Shown here: in pieces, positions 1 to 10,209 of the stretch
Numbering within the stretch: position 1 is the stretch's first letter
Layout: each line of letters starts with the position of its first letter
Assembly: GCA_040954595.2 (NCBI GenBank)
Contig: CM082586.2
Span: 9,331,337 to 9,395,336, forward strand
Source of the DNA: Balanoglossus misakiensis
Lineage: Eukaryota > Animalia > Hemichordata
Direction of reading: 5' to 3'
DNA: 64,000 nt
The notes under the pieces: generated by a model
What the model was told of the DNA's origin: nothing
The model's database searches: none
What the model saw: only the letters and a program-made list of their open reading frames with translations
Translations under genes and position numbers: made by a program

Positions 1-591
1 GGATTGGCTTTTCCAAATATGTAAATACTGCATTTATTTCTGTGAATATTGTATGTTTATGTGATCAAAAGCCCAGGGGTTATCATTGTAATTTTTATCA
101 GTTAAATCGATTTGTTTTTTGATAATTGAAAGGAATTTTGCTTCAAATATTGAACAATCTGTGTGAGTACAAAACAGAAACATTGCTGGATTATTTGACG
201 TTTTAGTTGTTTGTAAAAATGTGGGGACAAGCGGAGAATTGGCCAAATATTTTTGGTGACCACTGCCTTTAGTGTGTATGCTTTCTGGTGGTGACAGGTG
301 TGCCAAAACGTAGACAATGGAATCTGGCAGGAGCATGAAAAGAACAGTTGACTTGTTAACATATTTTGATGCCATGAAAATATGTTGTGTTATCAATCTG
401 TGGTAACCTGTATGTGCCATTTGTATGGAAACTGTGATCAAGACATGAATTTCTGAATATCACAAGCTTGGCAGTGAATTCATTGTTAATTGTTATCCTG
501 TTTGTAGGCAATTGTATATTTTCATGTATTAGTTTAAATATAAATTTATAGTTAATTAGTTAATTAAACAGGTTTTTTATTTTCTTGACAG

Positions 592-617
592 ATTTTGGCT
601 ATCAAAGAGTTTTCAAG
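592..617 (+). other. Candidate 26-bp micro-exon upstream of the transposase ORF
   Basis: Polypyrimidine acceptor ttttttattttcttgacAG (AG at 590-591) and perfect donor AAG|GTGAGT at 617/618. Confidence 0.5.
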
Positions 618-1119
618 GTGAGTGTTGGTGCACAACAGTGCATAGTATCATAGATTAACACACTCAGGTGTGCATTGTGTCAAATGTGAATTAGTCTTTT
701 AAATCATTTGCGGAGGAATTGCTTAGTTCTACTATCAGTCACACTGTGGTTTAATATCAGATAGGATGATTGTCCACTTCCATGCAACGTCTGTAAACAT
801 GTAAAAGCACTAGCCCATTTCTTTGAATTTGTTATTCAGGGGTGACGGAAGAAAAACATATTGTAATAGTTCTTAGAAATGGTGTTTATTGAATACATCA
901 GAAAGGAAGGGACTTGTATGTGAAGAACAATCATTGTGCTATGTGGTGTTAAGATCATTGGATAGTGCCATTACTTACAACAGTGGCTTCAATAAAACAT
1001 TGGTATGATGTATGTTTCTTGATATCCCTGCCTTGTTATTGAACTTGTATATTAAATTACTAAGTGTAAATCAGGTCTAAAACAATCGTTTGTGATTTGT
1101 ATGAGTACATAATGAAAAT

Positions 1120-2640
1120 GCCAGGATGTAAGGTCATACAGGGGTCAGGATTCAAGCCTTGTCAGGTTCTTCAGGAGGGAAATGCGGTGTCAGTGAATAC
1201 TGTGTGTGTATTTGTCCGTGTGTGTGTCTGTATGTATGAATGCATACATACATGAATGCTTGTCATTGTACTTGGACTTGATATTGCTGACTGGTGGAAA
1301 TGGTTTTGAAGTGAAATTTTATTCAGATTTGGCTGAGTACATTGCAACGTAAATGGGAAAATGTCGGGTCATTCAGGGTCAGGTCTGAAGCCTTATTTGG
1401 TTGTACACGGTGGATGTTGGGGTGTCCGTGTATTTGTTTATGTCTGTGCAAATGCATACATGTATGCCTATCGTACTTGGACTTGATATTGCTAACTGGT
1501 GGAAATGATTTTGAAGTGAAATTTTATTCAGATTTGGCTGAGTACATTGCAACATAAATGGGAAAATGTCGGGTCATTCAGGGTCAGGTCTGAAGCCTTA
1601 TTTGGTTGTACACGGTGGATGTTGGGGTCTCCGTGTATTTGTTTATGTCTGTGCAAATTCATACATGTATGCCTATCGTACTTGGACTTGATATTGCTAA
1701 CTGGTGGAAATGATTTTGAAGTGAAATTTTATTCAGATTTGGCTGAGTACATTGCAACGTAAATGGGAAAATGTCGGGTCATTCAGGGTCAGGTCTGAAG
1801 CCTTATTTGGTTGTACACGGTGGATGTTGGGGTGTCCGTGTATTTGTTTATGTCTGTGCAAATTCATACATGTATGCCTATCGTACTTGGACTTGATATT
1901 GCTAACTGGAAGTGAAATTTTATTCAAATTTGGCCGAGTACATTGCAACGTAAATGGGAAAATGTCGGGTCATTCAGGGTCAGGTCTGAAGCCTTATTTG
2001 GTTGTACACGGTGGATGTTGGGGTGTCCGTGTGTTTGTTTATGTCTGTGCAAATGCATACATGTATGCCTATCGTACTTGGACTTGATATTGCTAACTGG
2101 TGGAAATGATTTTGAAGTGAAATTTTATTCAGATTTGGCTGAGTACATTGCAACGTAAATGGGAAAATGTCGGGTCATTCAGGGTCAGGTCTGAAGCCTT
2201 ATTTGGTTGTACACGGTGGATGTTGGGGTGTCCGTGTGTTTGTTTATGTCTGTGCAAATGCATACATGTATGCCTATCGTACTTGGACTTGATATTGCTA
2301 ACTGGTGGAAATGATTTTGAAGTGAAATTTTATTCAGATTTGGCTGAGTACATTGCAACGTAAATGGGAAAATGTCGGGTCATTTAGGGTCAGGTCTGAA
2401 GCCTTATTTGGTTGTACACGGTGGATGTTGGGGTGTCCGTGTATTTGTTTATGTCTGTGCAAATTCATACATGTATGCCTATCGTACTTGCACTTGATAT
2501 TGCTAAATAGCGGAAATGATTTTTAAAGAAAATTTCACTCATATCTGAGATTTGTCTGAGCACATTCCAATGTGAATGCCAGAATGTTAGGTCATACAGG
2601 GGTCATGATTTAAGCCTTATCCTGTTTTCCAGCAGAAAAA
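1120..2640. repeat. 205-bp tandem repeat (about 6 near-identical copies plus degenerate flanks)
   Basis: ttgcaacgtaaatgggaaaatgtcgggtc recurs at 1342, 1547, 1752, 1943, 2148 and 2353. One unit is 191 bp because of a 14-bp deletion near 1910. Diverged copies lie at ~1120-1270 and ~2510-2640. Confidence 0.95.
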
Positions 2641-2893
2641 AAGTGTGTCTGTGATACTTTGTGTGTATATGTGTCTATTTGTATACAGGCATGGGGATAT
2701 GTGTGTATTATGTGTTGCTGTTGAATTACAACTTTGTTCGGACTTTCTATAAATCACTTCTGTCTGTTAAAAGTTCCACTACTTTTTACTGGTTATAATC
2801 ACTAGTGATGTGATTTGATGAGACGGTTATCTGAAGTCTGGTGGTGAAAGGATAGTAAAAACCTAACTAGACAGTATATTTGCTTTGTTCCAG

Positions 2894-5800
2894 ATGCCAC
2901 GCAGTAGATACTGGAGGAAGAAGAGGAGTCAGAAGAATGAAGATGCTGTTGTGTCTGAGGATCCTGTCCTCTTGAAAAACAGGATAGCTATAGAGCACAA
3001 AGAGGGGCCTGCCCTCTCTAAAAACAGGAATAGAAATGAATACAAAGAGGGGCCTGCCCTCTCTAAAAACAGGAATAATAATGAATTCAAAGAGGGGCCT
3101 GCCCTCTCTAAAAACAGGAATAGAAATGAATTCAAAGAGGGGCCTGCCCTCTCTAAAAACAGGAATAGAAATGAATACAAAGAGGGGCCTGCCCTCTCTA
3201 AAAACAGGAATAGAAATGAATTCAAAGAGGGGCCTGCCCTCTCTAAAAACAGGAATATGGATAAAATCAGAAAAAGTGACAGAGAAAATGAAAGTACAAA
3301 AGTCAACAATGAGATATTTGAGACTGAAAATCAAAGTGTTGATAAGACTGAAGGAAGTAATGAAATTCTGCAACAACATAGTCTTGACAATGATTCATCG
3401 GACGACCTATATATTGGTAGTGGACCAGAGGACAGTGTGTATTCATTCTCTCCACTTACTTCTGATGTATGTGAACAGCTGTGTTGCAAATTTGATATTG
3501 TAGATAAAAATAAAATTGATATTTTAAATAAACTTGGAAGTGTTACAATTGGAGACCCATGTAATTACAAGTCAATAATTGGTGATGGTAACTGTTTTTT
3601 TAGGTCCTTGTCATATTGTATAAGTGGGACTGAGCGAAATCATGGAGTTATTCGAATGGCCATTGTGAATCACTTGAAAGCCAATGAGGAAGTATATTCA
3701 GGCTGGGTAAGGTTAGATGGATATACATCAGTTGCTGATTATATTGCAAAGTCCAGAATGGATCATCTAGGAACATGGGCTACAGAAACTGAAATCATTG
3801 CCACTACAAACCTCTTCAATGTAAATATTTTCGTGTACAGTTTTGATAGTTGGTGGAAGCATTCTTGTAATATAATCAATAAAAACAATGTTGATAGAGG
3901 TGTTGGTATATACCTGAACCATCGCAATAGAAACCATTATGAAGTAGTTGAGTGTGTGAAGACACCACAGTTGGAAACCTGTCATTGTACACACATTGAT
4001 TGCAATGAAGTTGTCCCTATTGAACCTGTAACTGGAGAATGCATGGGTGTGACAGACAATGAGTGTTCAAAACAAATTGGTTTGAAAAAAGAGTTCCATT
4101 TGGATGACGTTTTTGCAACACAGTGTTTCGCACCAGTACGAAGTAAGAAACGCAGTAGAGCCATTGGTGAACGGTTAAAAAAGAAACTCAGGCATGAAAA
4201 GTATGAAAGTGAAAGAGGTAAATTGAATCAATTAAATGTATCCAATAGTGTGAAGAGCTCTAAAGCAGCTAAACAACATGAATGTTATCAGACTAATTCT
4301 GAATATAGAGACAACCGAAAATCAGATAGTAGAAAGAGATATCATGAAAATGTACTCTATAAAGAGAACAAAAAACGTAGACTTGCAGAGAGATATGATC
4401 GTGACCTGGTGTTTCGTGAAGCACGGAAAACTATGTCTGCAGAACAATGTTTGGCAAAATATGAAAAAGTTCCACTATACAGAGAGCACAAGAAGAGTGA
4501 GAGTGCAGCACAATGTGTTGACAAGTACGAAAAAGATCAGACGTTCCGAGAACAAAAGAAGAGACAGAGTGCAGCACAATGTGTTGACAAGTACAAAAAA
4601 GATCTGGAGTTTCGAGAACATAAGAAGAGACAGACTGCAGCAGTATTTGCTAACAAGTTCCAAAACGATCAGAACTTCCGAGAACACAAAAAAAGTCAGA
4701 ATGCAGCACAATTTCTTGACAAGTATAACAGAGATGAAGAGTTTCAAAACCGAACAAAAAAAAAGTGTTTGGAACGTTACCAACAGGATCACGTTTATAA
4801 ACAAACTGTACTAGAGAGAAGACGTACTGAGAGGAAAGTGACAAAGATTGAAAAGGAAAATATAGAGCGTGTTATAATTGATTTCCAGAATCAGATTTCA
4901 GTTGGGCCAAATTGTGTATGTTCAGTTTGTCACCGGCGACTTTTTAGAAAACAGGTACTTGTTTGTAAGATGGATAACTATGTCTCTAAGGGAGGTCTCT
5001 GTGAAATGAATGCCAATAAATGCATAACACAAGATTATGTACACAACTGTACTGAATTATGTATTATTGATTGTCCCCTTAAGAGCAGTGCAGCCAGTAA
5101 ATTATGGATTTGTCACACATGCCATAGCAAACTCTTGCGTGCAGAGATGCCTGTTCAAGCTACTGCAAACAATCTTGATGTCAAACCAATTCCCAATGAA
5201 TTAAAATGTCTGAATTCTTTAGAGCAACATTTAATTGCACTGCATATTCCTTTCATGAAAATGATGGCTCTGCCAAGAGGTGGACAAAATGGTGTTCATG
5301 GACCTGTTGTGTGTGTTCCATCTAATATAGAAAAAGCCACAAGTATTTTGCCTAGAGGTGAATTGGATGACCAGATGATAAAGGTGAAATTAAAGCGGAA
5401 ATTAAGTTATAAAGGTTGTTATGAGTATCAATTTGTAAACAAAGGACACATTCAAAATGCACTGGAATACCTAAAGAAAAATAACATGTGGTATAATGAT
5501 GTAAAATTCAATCTCACTTGGGAAAATACTCTTGAAAAAACTGAAGAAAAATCTGACGGTGAAGGTAATGTAAACACTGAGGAAAAATTGTTAGATACTG
5601 AAGGCAATGATGTAGCATCAGACACAGAAGATGGAAATGAACCTGATAGAGATACAAATGGAATATTCATGGACACATGCTTTCAACCAGTTGACATTGG
5701 TCAGGATATTCTGGATTATCACTTTGACGATATCGCTTGTGTTGCTCCTGGTGAGGATAATAAACCTGTTAGAGTTTTGATGGAAAAGTTCAATGAGGCA

Positions 5801-8800
5801 AAGTGCTTTCCTGTGATATTCCCAACTGGGTCACCAACATTTCACGATGACCGAGAGGTTAAGATAACAATAGGGCGATACCTGCAAAGTCGTCTAATGA
5901 ATGCAAGTAACAGGTTTGCCAGAAGCACAGACTATATATTTTATGCACAATATCGTTCAGAACTTGACCAGGTTGTATCAAATGTGTCAATCGCTTTGAG
6001 AAAAGGAACTGCCAACGCTTGTGGCAAAAAGGTGACATCTGATATTCTGACTAATGGGGATTCTTTGAGAGAGATATTGAAGTGTGATGAAGGCTACAAG
6101 TTTTTAAAACCAGTACGTGGAACTCCTCCTTATTGGCAAGCTACACAGAAAGATTTGTTTGCGATGATCAGACAGTTAGGTATACCAACATGGTTCTGCT
6201 CATTTTCTGCTGCTGACTTAAGATGGAAAGAAGTAATTGAAACTATCCTACGTGAAGAAGGTGATACACGTAATGCTGAGGATCTCGATTGGTCTGAGAG
6301 ATGTGGTATCTTGAGACGAAATCCCGTAACGGCAGCTAGAATGTTTGATCACAGATTTCATTGTTTCTTGAATGAGGTAATAATGTCACCAGCCAATCCT
6401 ATTGGGAAGATCAAAGATTATTTTTATCGGGTTGAGTTTCAGCAGCGTGGATCGCCTCACACTCACTGTTTGTTTTGGGTTGAAAATGCACCTAAAGTGG
6501 ACAAAGATTCTGATGATGATGTTGTTGACTTTGTTGACACATATGTAACATGTGAAATGCCTTCTATTGAAGAGGATGAGGTACTGCATGAGATTGTGAA
6601 AACAGTCCAGAAACACAGCTCAAGGCATTCAAAATCTTGCAAGAAAAAGGGTACTACATGTCGATTCAACTTTCCTCGACCTCCTTCAAACAAAACTTTT
6701 GTATGCCACCCTTCTGTCAGCATAGATACCGGTATAGAGGTAACAGACAACGATCAGTGTAAGGATGATCAAATCACTACATTACTGGAAAGTGAATGTG
6801 AAAATAGTATGCCTCAGTTGGATGACACAGCATTGGTTCAGAAGAAGGCTAGACACATTTTAGAACGAGTGTGGACATGCCTGTGTGAGAAAGAGAAACA
6901 AATTGATACTATTGATGATTTGTTTAATGCAGTTGGCATAACTCAGGAAATGTTTGAACAAGCAAATGCAACTTTGGCCAAGAAGACAAGTGTAGTTCTA
7001 AAACGTGAACCAAGTGATGTGTGGGTGAACCAATATAATGCCAATCTTCTCCGTTGCTGGAATGCAAATATGGACATTCAGTTTGTTGTGGATGCTTATG
7101 CCTGTGTTGTGTACATTGTGTCATACATCTCTAAGGCAGAAAGAGAAATGGGTTTACTCCTGGAACATGCACAGAAAGAGGCTAACAAAGAAGGAAATAT
7201 GGATGCAAAGTCGGCTATGAAAGAGTTAGGTGGTGTATATCTGCACAATAGGGAAATAAGTGCCCAGGAAGCTATATATAGGGTATGTGGTTTGAAACTG
7301 AAACAATCATCACGAAAAGTTCAGTTTATTCCAACAGGAGAAAATCAAATTAAAATGAGTTTGCCATTAGCTGCAATACAGAAGAAAATGAAAGGTGATG
7401 ATTTAGATGAGGATGAGATATGGATGAATAGCATTGTGGACAGGTACAAGAACAGACCAAACGGGGAAGATTTTGACAACATGTGTCTTGCCACGTTTTG
7501 TTCTGAATACAGAGTGGTTTCAAAATCAGAAATGAGAAATGTGTGTAATGAAAAACGCCGAAGTCCAATAGTGAAGTTGAAAAATGACGTTGGTTTTATG
7601 CAGAAAAGATCTAGAAGTGATGGGGCTGTTGTTAGATATGCAAGATTTTCTGTTACCAAATATCCAGAGAAGCATTATGGCAGTATATTACAGCTTTTTC
7701 TCCCATACCGAAGTGAATCACAACTGAAACCTAGTGGATTTGAATCGTATGAGGATTTTTATTGTCTTGGCGCAGTGAAATGTGGCTCTGCTTCTTTAGA
7801 AAAGGTTAAAATGATCGTTGATGCCAATAAAGCATTATTTGAAACAGAGGCTGATGCTATGGATGCAGCTGAACAAATTCTTGATGAGAATGGCCATCTT
7901 GAAGATGCATGGGCTCAAATGTGTCCAGAAAATGAATTAGAACGATTGGAATGCATTGAAGAAGGTAAAAAGTGCTGTGGTGATGATACCGTAGATGACG
8001 ATGATATTCCAGATTTGGTTCAGAAACCTAAAGGTGATGACTGCCATGTAGAAATTTCGAATTCAATAAGGAAATATGAGGTTGAAGCAATGTGTAGATC
8101 GTTGAACAAGAAACAAGCAGAAGTGTTTTACACTGTCAGGAAGTGGTGTTTGGACAAAAGCAATGGCAAGAATCCAGAACCCTTTTTTCTGTTTGTCACT
8201 GGCGGTGCTGGTACTGGGAAAAGTCACTTAATCAAAGCCATATATCATGAAGCCAAACGAATACTAGCTCGGGCAATGCCAGATGTTGATGGAATTTCTA
8301 TTGCTTTAACTGCACCGACAGGAGTCGCGGCATTTAATGTACAAGGAACAACTCTCCATCATATATTCTCTATAGCTGTTGACTCAAAGCTGCCATATCA
8401 ACCACTGCGTGAAGAAAAGCTCAATACTCTTCGTTGCAAGTTTGGTAACCTTCAAATTTTGATAATAGATGAGATTTCTATGGTAGACAAAAAGTTATTG
8501 TACTATGTTCACGGAAGACTACGACAAATCAAACAGTCATCGGCTGAGTCACCATTTGGGAATGTGTGTGTTATTGCTGTAGGTGATTTTTATCAACTTC
8601 CACCTGTGAAAGCAAGTCCACTGTGTATAGACCGTGAATCCATCAATCTGTGGAATGATAATTTCAGTATGGTAGAATTAACTGAAATAATGAGACAGAA
8701 AGACTGTGCATTTGCGGAGGCACTAAATCGAGTAAGAGTTCACAAAAAAGGGGACACACTAAATGCTGGTGATGTGGCAATGTTACAAAAGTGTGTTACA

Positions 8801-10183
8801 GGTGAAACATCGGAGGCAATGCATGTTTTTGCTACAAATGCAGAGGTTAATAGCTGTAATGTTGAAATGCTTCATTCTCAATGTTCTGATCCTGTCTGTA
8901 TTGAAGCAGAAGATTTTAGCAGGAATCCTAAAAGTGGAAGACTAGAAAAAAAGGAAGGTCACCATGTCAAAGTGTACAGGACAACTTTGCCAAAGACTCT
9001 TACTCTAGCTGTTGGTGCACGAGTACAATTGACACATAATATTGATGTTGCTGATGGTTTGGTGAATGGCGTATTCGGCACAGTATGTCACATTGCAGTG
9101 AAACCAAATGTAAAATTCCCAGCTGCCATTTATGTTGTATTTGATAATGAGAAAGTTGGCCAAGGATTGCGTAAAAAGAAGCCTATAACTATATCTGACC
9201 TTCCAGTAAACAGTACCCCTATAGAACCCCAGGAAATGTCAGTTGCAAGCAATGGTGGTATTCGGAGGCAGTTTCCTTTAAAACTAGCTTGGGCATGTAC
9301 AGTGCATAAGGTGCAGGGATTAACAGTTGAAAAAGCTGTTGTTAATTTGAAGAAGATGTTTGCACCAGGACAGGCATATGTGGCATTGAGTCGAGTGACA
9401 TCATTAGATGGTCTCATTATTAATGACTTTAACAAATCTTCCATATATTGCAATGAAAAGGTCCAAGAAGCCCTGGAAACAATGCCAAAGTTTCTTCCCA
9501 AATGTACTCAGACAGAACAGAGTAATTACAAGTGCTCATTTGTATTGCATAATGTCGAGGGACTTGTCAATCATATTAAAGATATTTGCAATGACAGTGA
9601 ATATTTGAAAGCAGATTTCATTTGTTTGACGGAGACATGGTTATCTGAAAAAGAAGCATGGTGTGATGTACAATTAAGCGGGTTTGAATTCAATCACCAA
9701 CCTCGATCTCAATCCTACAATCAATTTGATACAAATACCTCAAGTTTACAGTTGCAACAGCGGGGTGGTGTTGGAGTCTATAGCAAAATTTGCAAGAATT
9801 TTGAAATTTTGCATTTGGCTGTGACTAATTTGGAATGTATTTCATTTTATGTCACAAATATCAATGTTACAATAGCTATAGTTTACAGACCTCCATCATA
9901 CAAAGCAGAGGTATTCAAAAATAGCATGGTTTGTTTGGTGAAAGCAATGGAAAAATACCCAGGGGGCAAACTGATCATGGGTGATTTCAATGAAGATATC
10001 TTGACTCGGTCATCACTTGTAAAGTTCATGGAAGGTCATGGTTTCAGACAATCTGTAAGCGAACCAACTACAGAAGCTAATACGCTGATTGATCATGTGT
10101 ATGTGAAAGGAATAAAGAATGTGACAGTAAATGTTATACCAAAATACTTCAGCTTTCATGAAGCAATAAGCATCAAAATATAG
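2894..10183 (+). CDS. Helentron (Helitron2) Rep-helicase-endonuclease polyprotein with N-terminal OTU domain
   Basis: Uninterrupted ORF (track 2885..10183; first ATG at 2894, directly after a candidate splice acceptor). Motifs in order: OTU IIGDGNCFFRS...NHY; CSVC...WICHTCH; Rep RGTPPYW, PTWFCSFSAAD, YRVEFQQRGSPHTH (HUH, with the Ser typical of Helentrons), YIVSYISK (Y2); PIF1-like GGAGTGKS, IIDEISM, GDFYQLPPV, QFPLKLAWACTVHKVQG, YVALSRV; APE-type HNVEGL, LTETW, YRPP, GDFN, IDHVY. Confidence 0.95.
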   Translation: MPRSRYWRKKRSQKNEDAVVSEDPVLLKNRIAIEHKEGPALSKNRNRNEYKEGPALSKNRNNNEFKEGPALSKNRNRNEFKEGPALSKNRNRNEYKEGPALSKNRNRNEFKEGPALSKNRNMDKIRKSDRENESTKVNNEIFETENQSVDKTEGSNEILQQHSLDNDSSDDLYIGSGPEDSVYSFSPLTSDVCEQLCCKFDIVDKNKIDILNKLGSVTIGDPCNYKSIIGDGNCFFRSLSYCISGTERNHGVIRMAIVNHLKANEEVYSGWVRLDGYTSVADYIAKSRMDHLGTWATETEIIATTNLFNVNIFVYSFDSWWKHSCNIINKNNVDRGVGIYLNHRNRNHYEVVECVKTPQLETCHCTHIDCNEVVPIEPVTGECMGVTDNECSKQIGLKKEFHLDDVFATQCFAPVRSKKRSRAIGERLKKKLRHEKYESERGKLNQLNVSNSVKSSKAAKQHECYQTNSEYRDNRKSDSRKRYHENVLYKENKKRRLAERYDRDLVFREARKTMSAEQCLAKYEKVPLYREHKKSESAAQCVDKYEKDQTFREQKKRQSAAQCVDKYKKDLEFREHKKRQTAAVFANKFQNDQNFREHKKSQNAAQFLDKYNRDEEFQNRTKKKCLERYQQDHVYKQTVLERRRTERKVTKIEKENIERVIIDFQNQISVGPNCVCSVCHRRLFRKQVLVCKMDNYVSKGGLCEMNANKCITQDYVHNCTELCIIDCPLKSSAASKLWICHTCHSKLLRAEMPVQATANNLDVKPIPNELKCLNSLEQHLIALHIPFMKMMALPRGGQNGVHGPVVCVPSNIEKATSILPRGELDDQMIKVKLKRKLSYKGCYEYQFVNKGHIQNALEYLKKNNMWYNDVKFNLTWENTLEKTEEKSDGEGNVNTEEKLLDTEGNDVASDTEDGNEPDRDTNGIFMDTCFQPVDIGQDILDYHFDDIACVAPGEDNKPVRVLMEKFNEAKCFPVIFPTGSPTFHDDREVKITIGRYLQSRLMNASNRFARSTDYIFYAQYRSELDQVVSNVSIALRKGTANACGKKVTSDILTNGDSLREILKCDEGYKFLKPVRGTPPYWQATQKDLFAMIRQLGIPTWFCSFSAADLRWKEVIETILREEGDTRNAEDLDWSERCGILRRNPVTAARMFDHRFHCFLNEVIMSPANPIGKIKDYFYRVEFQQRGSPHTHCLFWVENAPKVDKDSDDDVVDFVDTYVTCEMPSIEEDEVLHEIVKTVQKHSSRHSKSCKKKGTTCRFNFPRPPSNKTFVCHPSVSIDTGIEVTDNDQCKDDQITTLLESECENSMPQLDDTALVQKKARHILERVWTCLCEKEKQIDTIDDLFNAVGITQEMFEQANATLAKKTSVVLKREPSDVWVNQYNANLLRCWNANMDIQFVVDAYACVVYIVSYISKAEREMGLLLEHAQKEANKEGNMDAKSAMKELGGVYLHNREISAQEAIYRVCGLKLKQSSRKVQFIPTGENQIKMSLPLAAIQKKMKGDDLDEDEIWMNSIVDRYKNRPNGEDFDNMCLATFCSEYRVVSKSEMRNVCNEKRRSPIVKLKNDVGFMQKRSRSDGAVVRYARFSVTKYPEKHYGSILQLFLPYRSESQLKPSGFESYEDFYCLGAVKCGSASLEKVKMIVDANKALFETEADAMDAAEQILDENGHLEDAWAQMCPENELERLECIEEGKKCCGDDTVDDDDIPDLVQKPKGDDCHVEISNSIRKYEVEAMCRSLNKKQAEVFYTVRKWCLDKSNGKNPEPFFLFVTGGAGTGKSHLIKAIYHEAKRILARAMPDVDGISIALTAPTGVAAFNVQGTTLHHIFSIAVDSKLPYQPLREEKLNTLRCKFGNLQILIIDEISMVDKKLLYYVHGRLRQIKQSSAESPFGNVCVIAVGDFYQLPPVKASPLCIDRESINLWNDNFSMVELTEIMRQKDCAFAEALNRVRVHKKGDTLNAGDVAMLQKCVTGETSEAMHVFATNAEVNSCNVEMLHSQCSDPVCIEAEDFSRNPKSGRLEKKEGHHVKVYRTTLPKTLTLAVGARVQLTHNIDVADGLVNGVFGTVCHIAVKPNVKFPAAIYVVFDNEKVGQGLRKKKPITISDLPVNSTPIEPQEMSVASNGGIRRQFPLKLAWACTVHKVQGLTVEKAVVNLKKMFAPGQAYVALSRVTSLDGLIINDFNKSSIYCNEKVQEALETMPKFLPKCTQTEQSNYKCSFVLHNVEGLVNHIKDICNDSEYLKADFICLTETWLSEKEAWCDVQLSGFEFNHQPRSQSYNQFDTNTSSLQLQQRGGVGVYSKICKNFEILHLAVTNLECISFYVTNINVTIAIVYRPPSYKAEVFKNSMVCLVKAMEKYPGGKLIMGDFNEDILTRSSLVKFMEGHGFRQSVSEPTTEANTLIDHVYVKGIKNVTVNVIPKYFSFHEAISIKI
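2956..3257 (+). repeat. In-frame 45-bp minisatellite encoding (EGPALSKNRNRNE[Y/F]K)x6
   Basis: agaggggcctgccctctctaaaaacaggaat at 3001, 3046, 3091, 3136, 3181 and 3226, plus a degenerate copy at ~2956. Confidence 0.95.
3560..3955 (+). other. OTU-like cysteine protease domain of the polyprotein
   Basis: SIIGDGNCFFRSLS (catalytic Cys codon ~3593), WATETEI and HRNRNHYEVV (His ~3935). OTU domains are known in animal Helentrons. Confidence 0.85.
4415..4800 (+). repeat. In-frame 66-bp (22-aa) degenerate repeat, REHKKxxxAAQCVDKYxxDxxF
   Basis: Repeat starts at 4415, 4481, 4547, 4613 and 4679; basic, probably helical segment. Confidence 0.85.
5930..7290 (+). other. HUH/Y2 rolling-circle Rep domain
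   Basis: WFCSFSAAD (motif 1), VEFQQRGSPHTH (HUH at 6458-6466), YIVSYISK (two catalytic Tyr, ~7112-7135). Boundaries approximate. Confidence 0.92.
8100..9490 (+). other. PIF1-family SF1B DNA helicase domain
   Basis: Walker A GGAGTGKS at 8201-8224, TAPTGVAA, Walker B LIIDEISM, GDFYQLPPV, LTEIMRQ, HKVQGLT, GQAYVALSRV. Boundaries approximate. Confidence 0.95.
9540..10180 (+). other. Apurinic/apyrimidinic-like (EEP) endonuclease domain
   Basis: HNVEGL, DFICLTETWL, GGVGVY, IVYRPP, IMGDFNED, LIDHVYV and terminal SFH (canonical SDH position). A C-terminal APE fusion is the defining feature of Helentrons. Confidence 0.88.
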
Positions 10184-10203
10184 TAATTTACACTTGTATT
10201 TGA

Positions 10204-10209
10204 AATAAA
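10204..10209 (+). terminator. Candidate polyadenylation signal AATAAA
   Basis: About 20 nt after the TAG stop. The AT-rich context makes a chance match possible. Confidence 0.35.

Noticed and set aside
1342-2363. Repeated 71-aa Cys-rich ORFs
   Set aside because: They are a by-product of the 205-bp repeat with TTG starts and TG-rich sequence, probably intronic.
2885-2893. TTG start given by the ORF track
   Set aside because: This is a eukaryotic gene; these bases look like a splice acceptor immediately before the ATG at 2894.
2867-9608. Antisense and alternate-frame ORFs overlapping the transposase
   Set aside because: They are shadows of the long ORF and its in-frame repeats, with no independent motifs.
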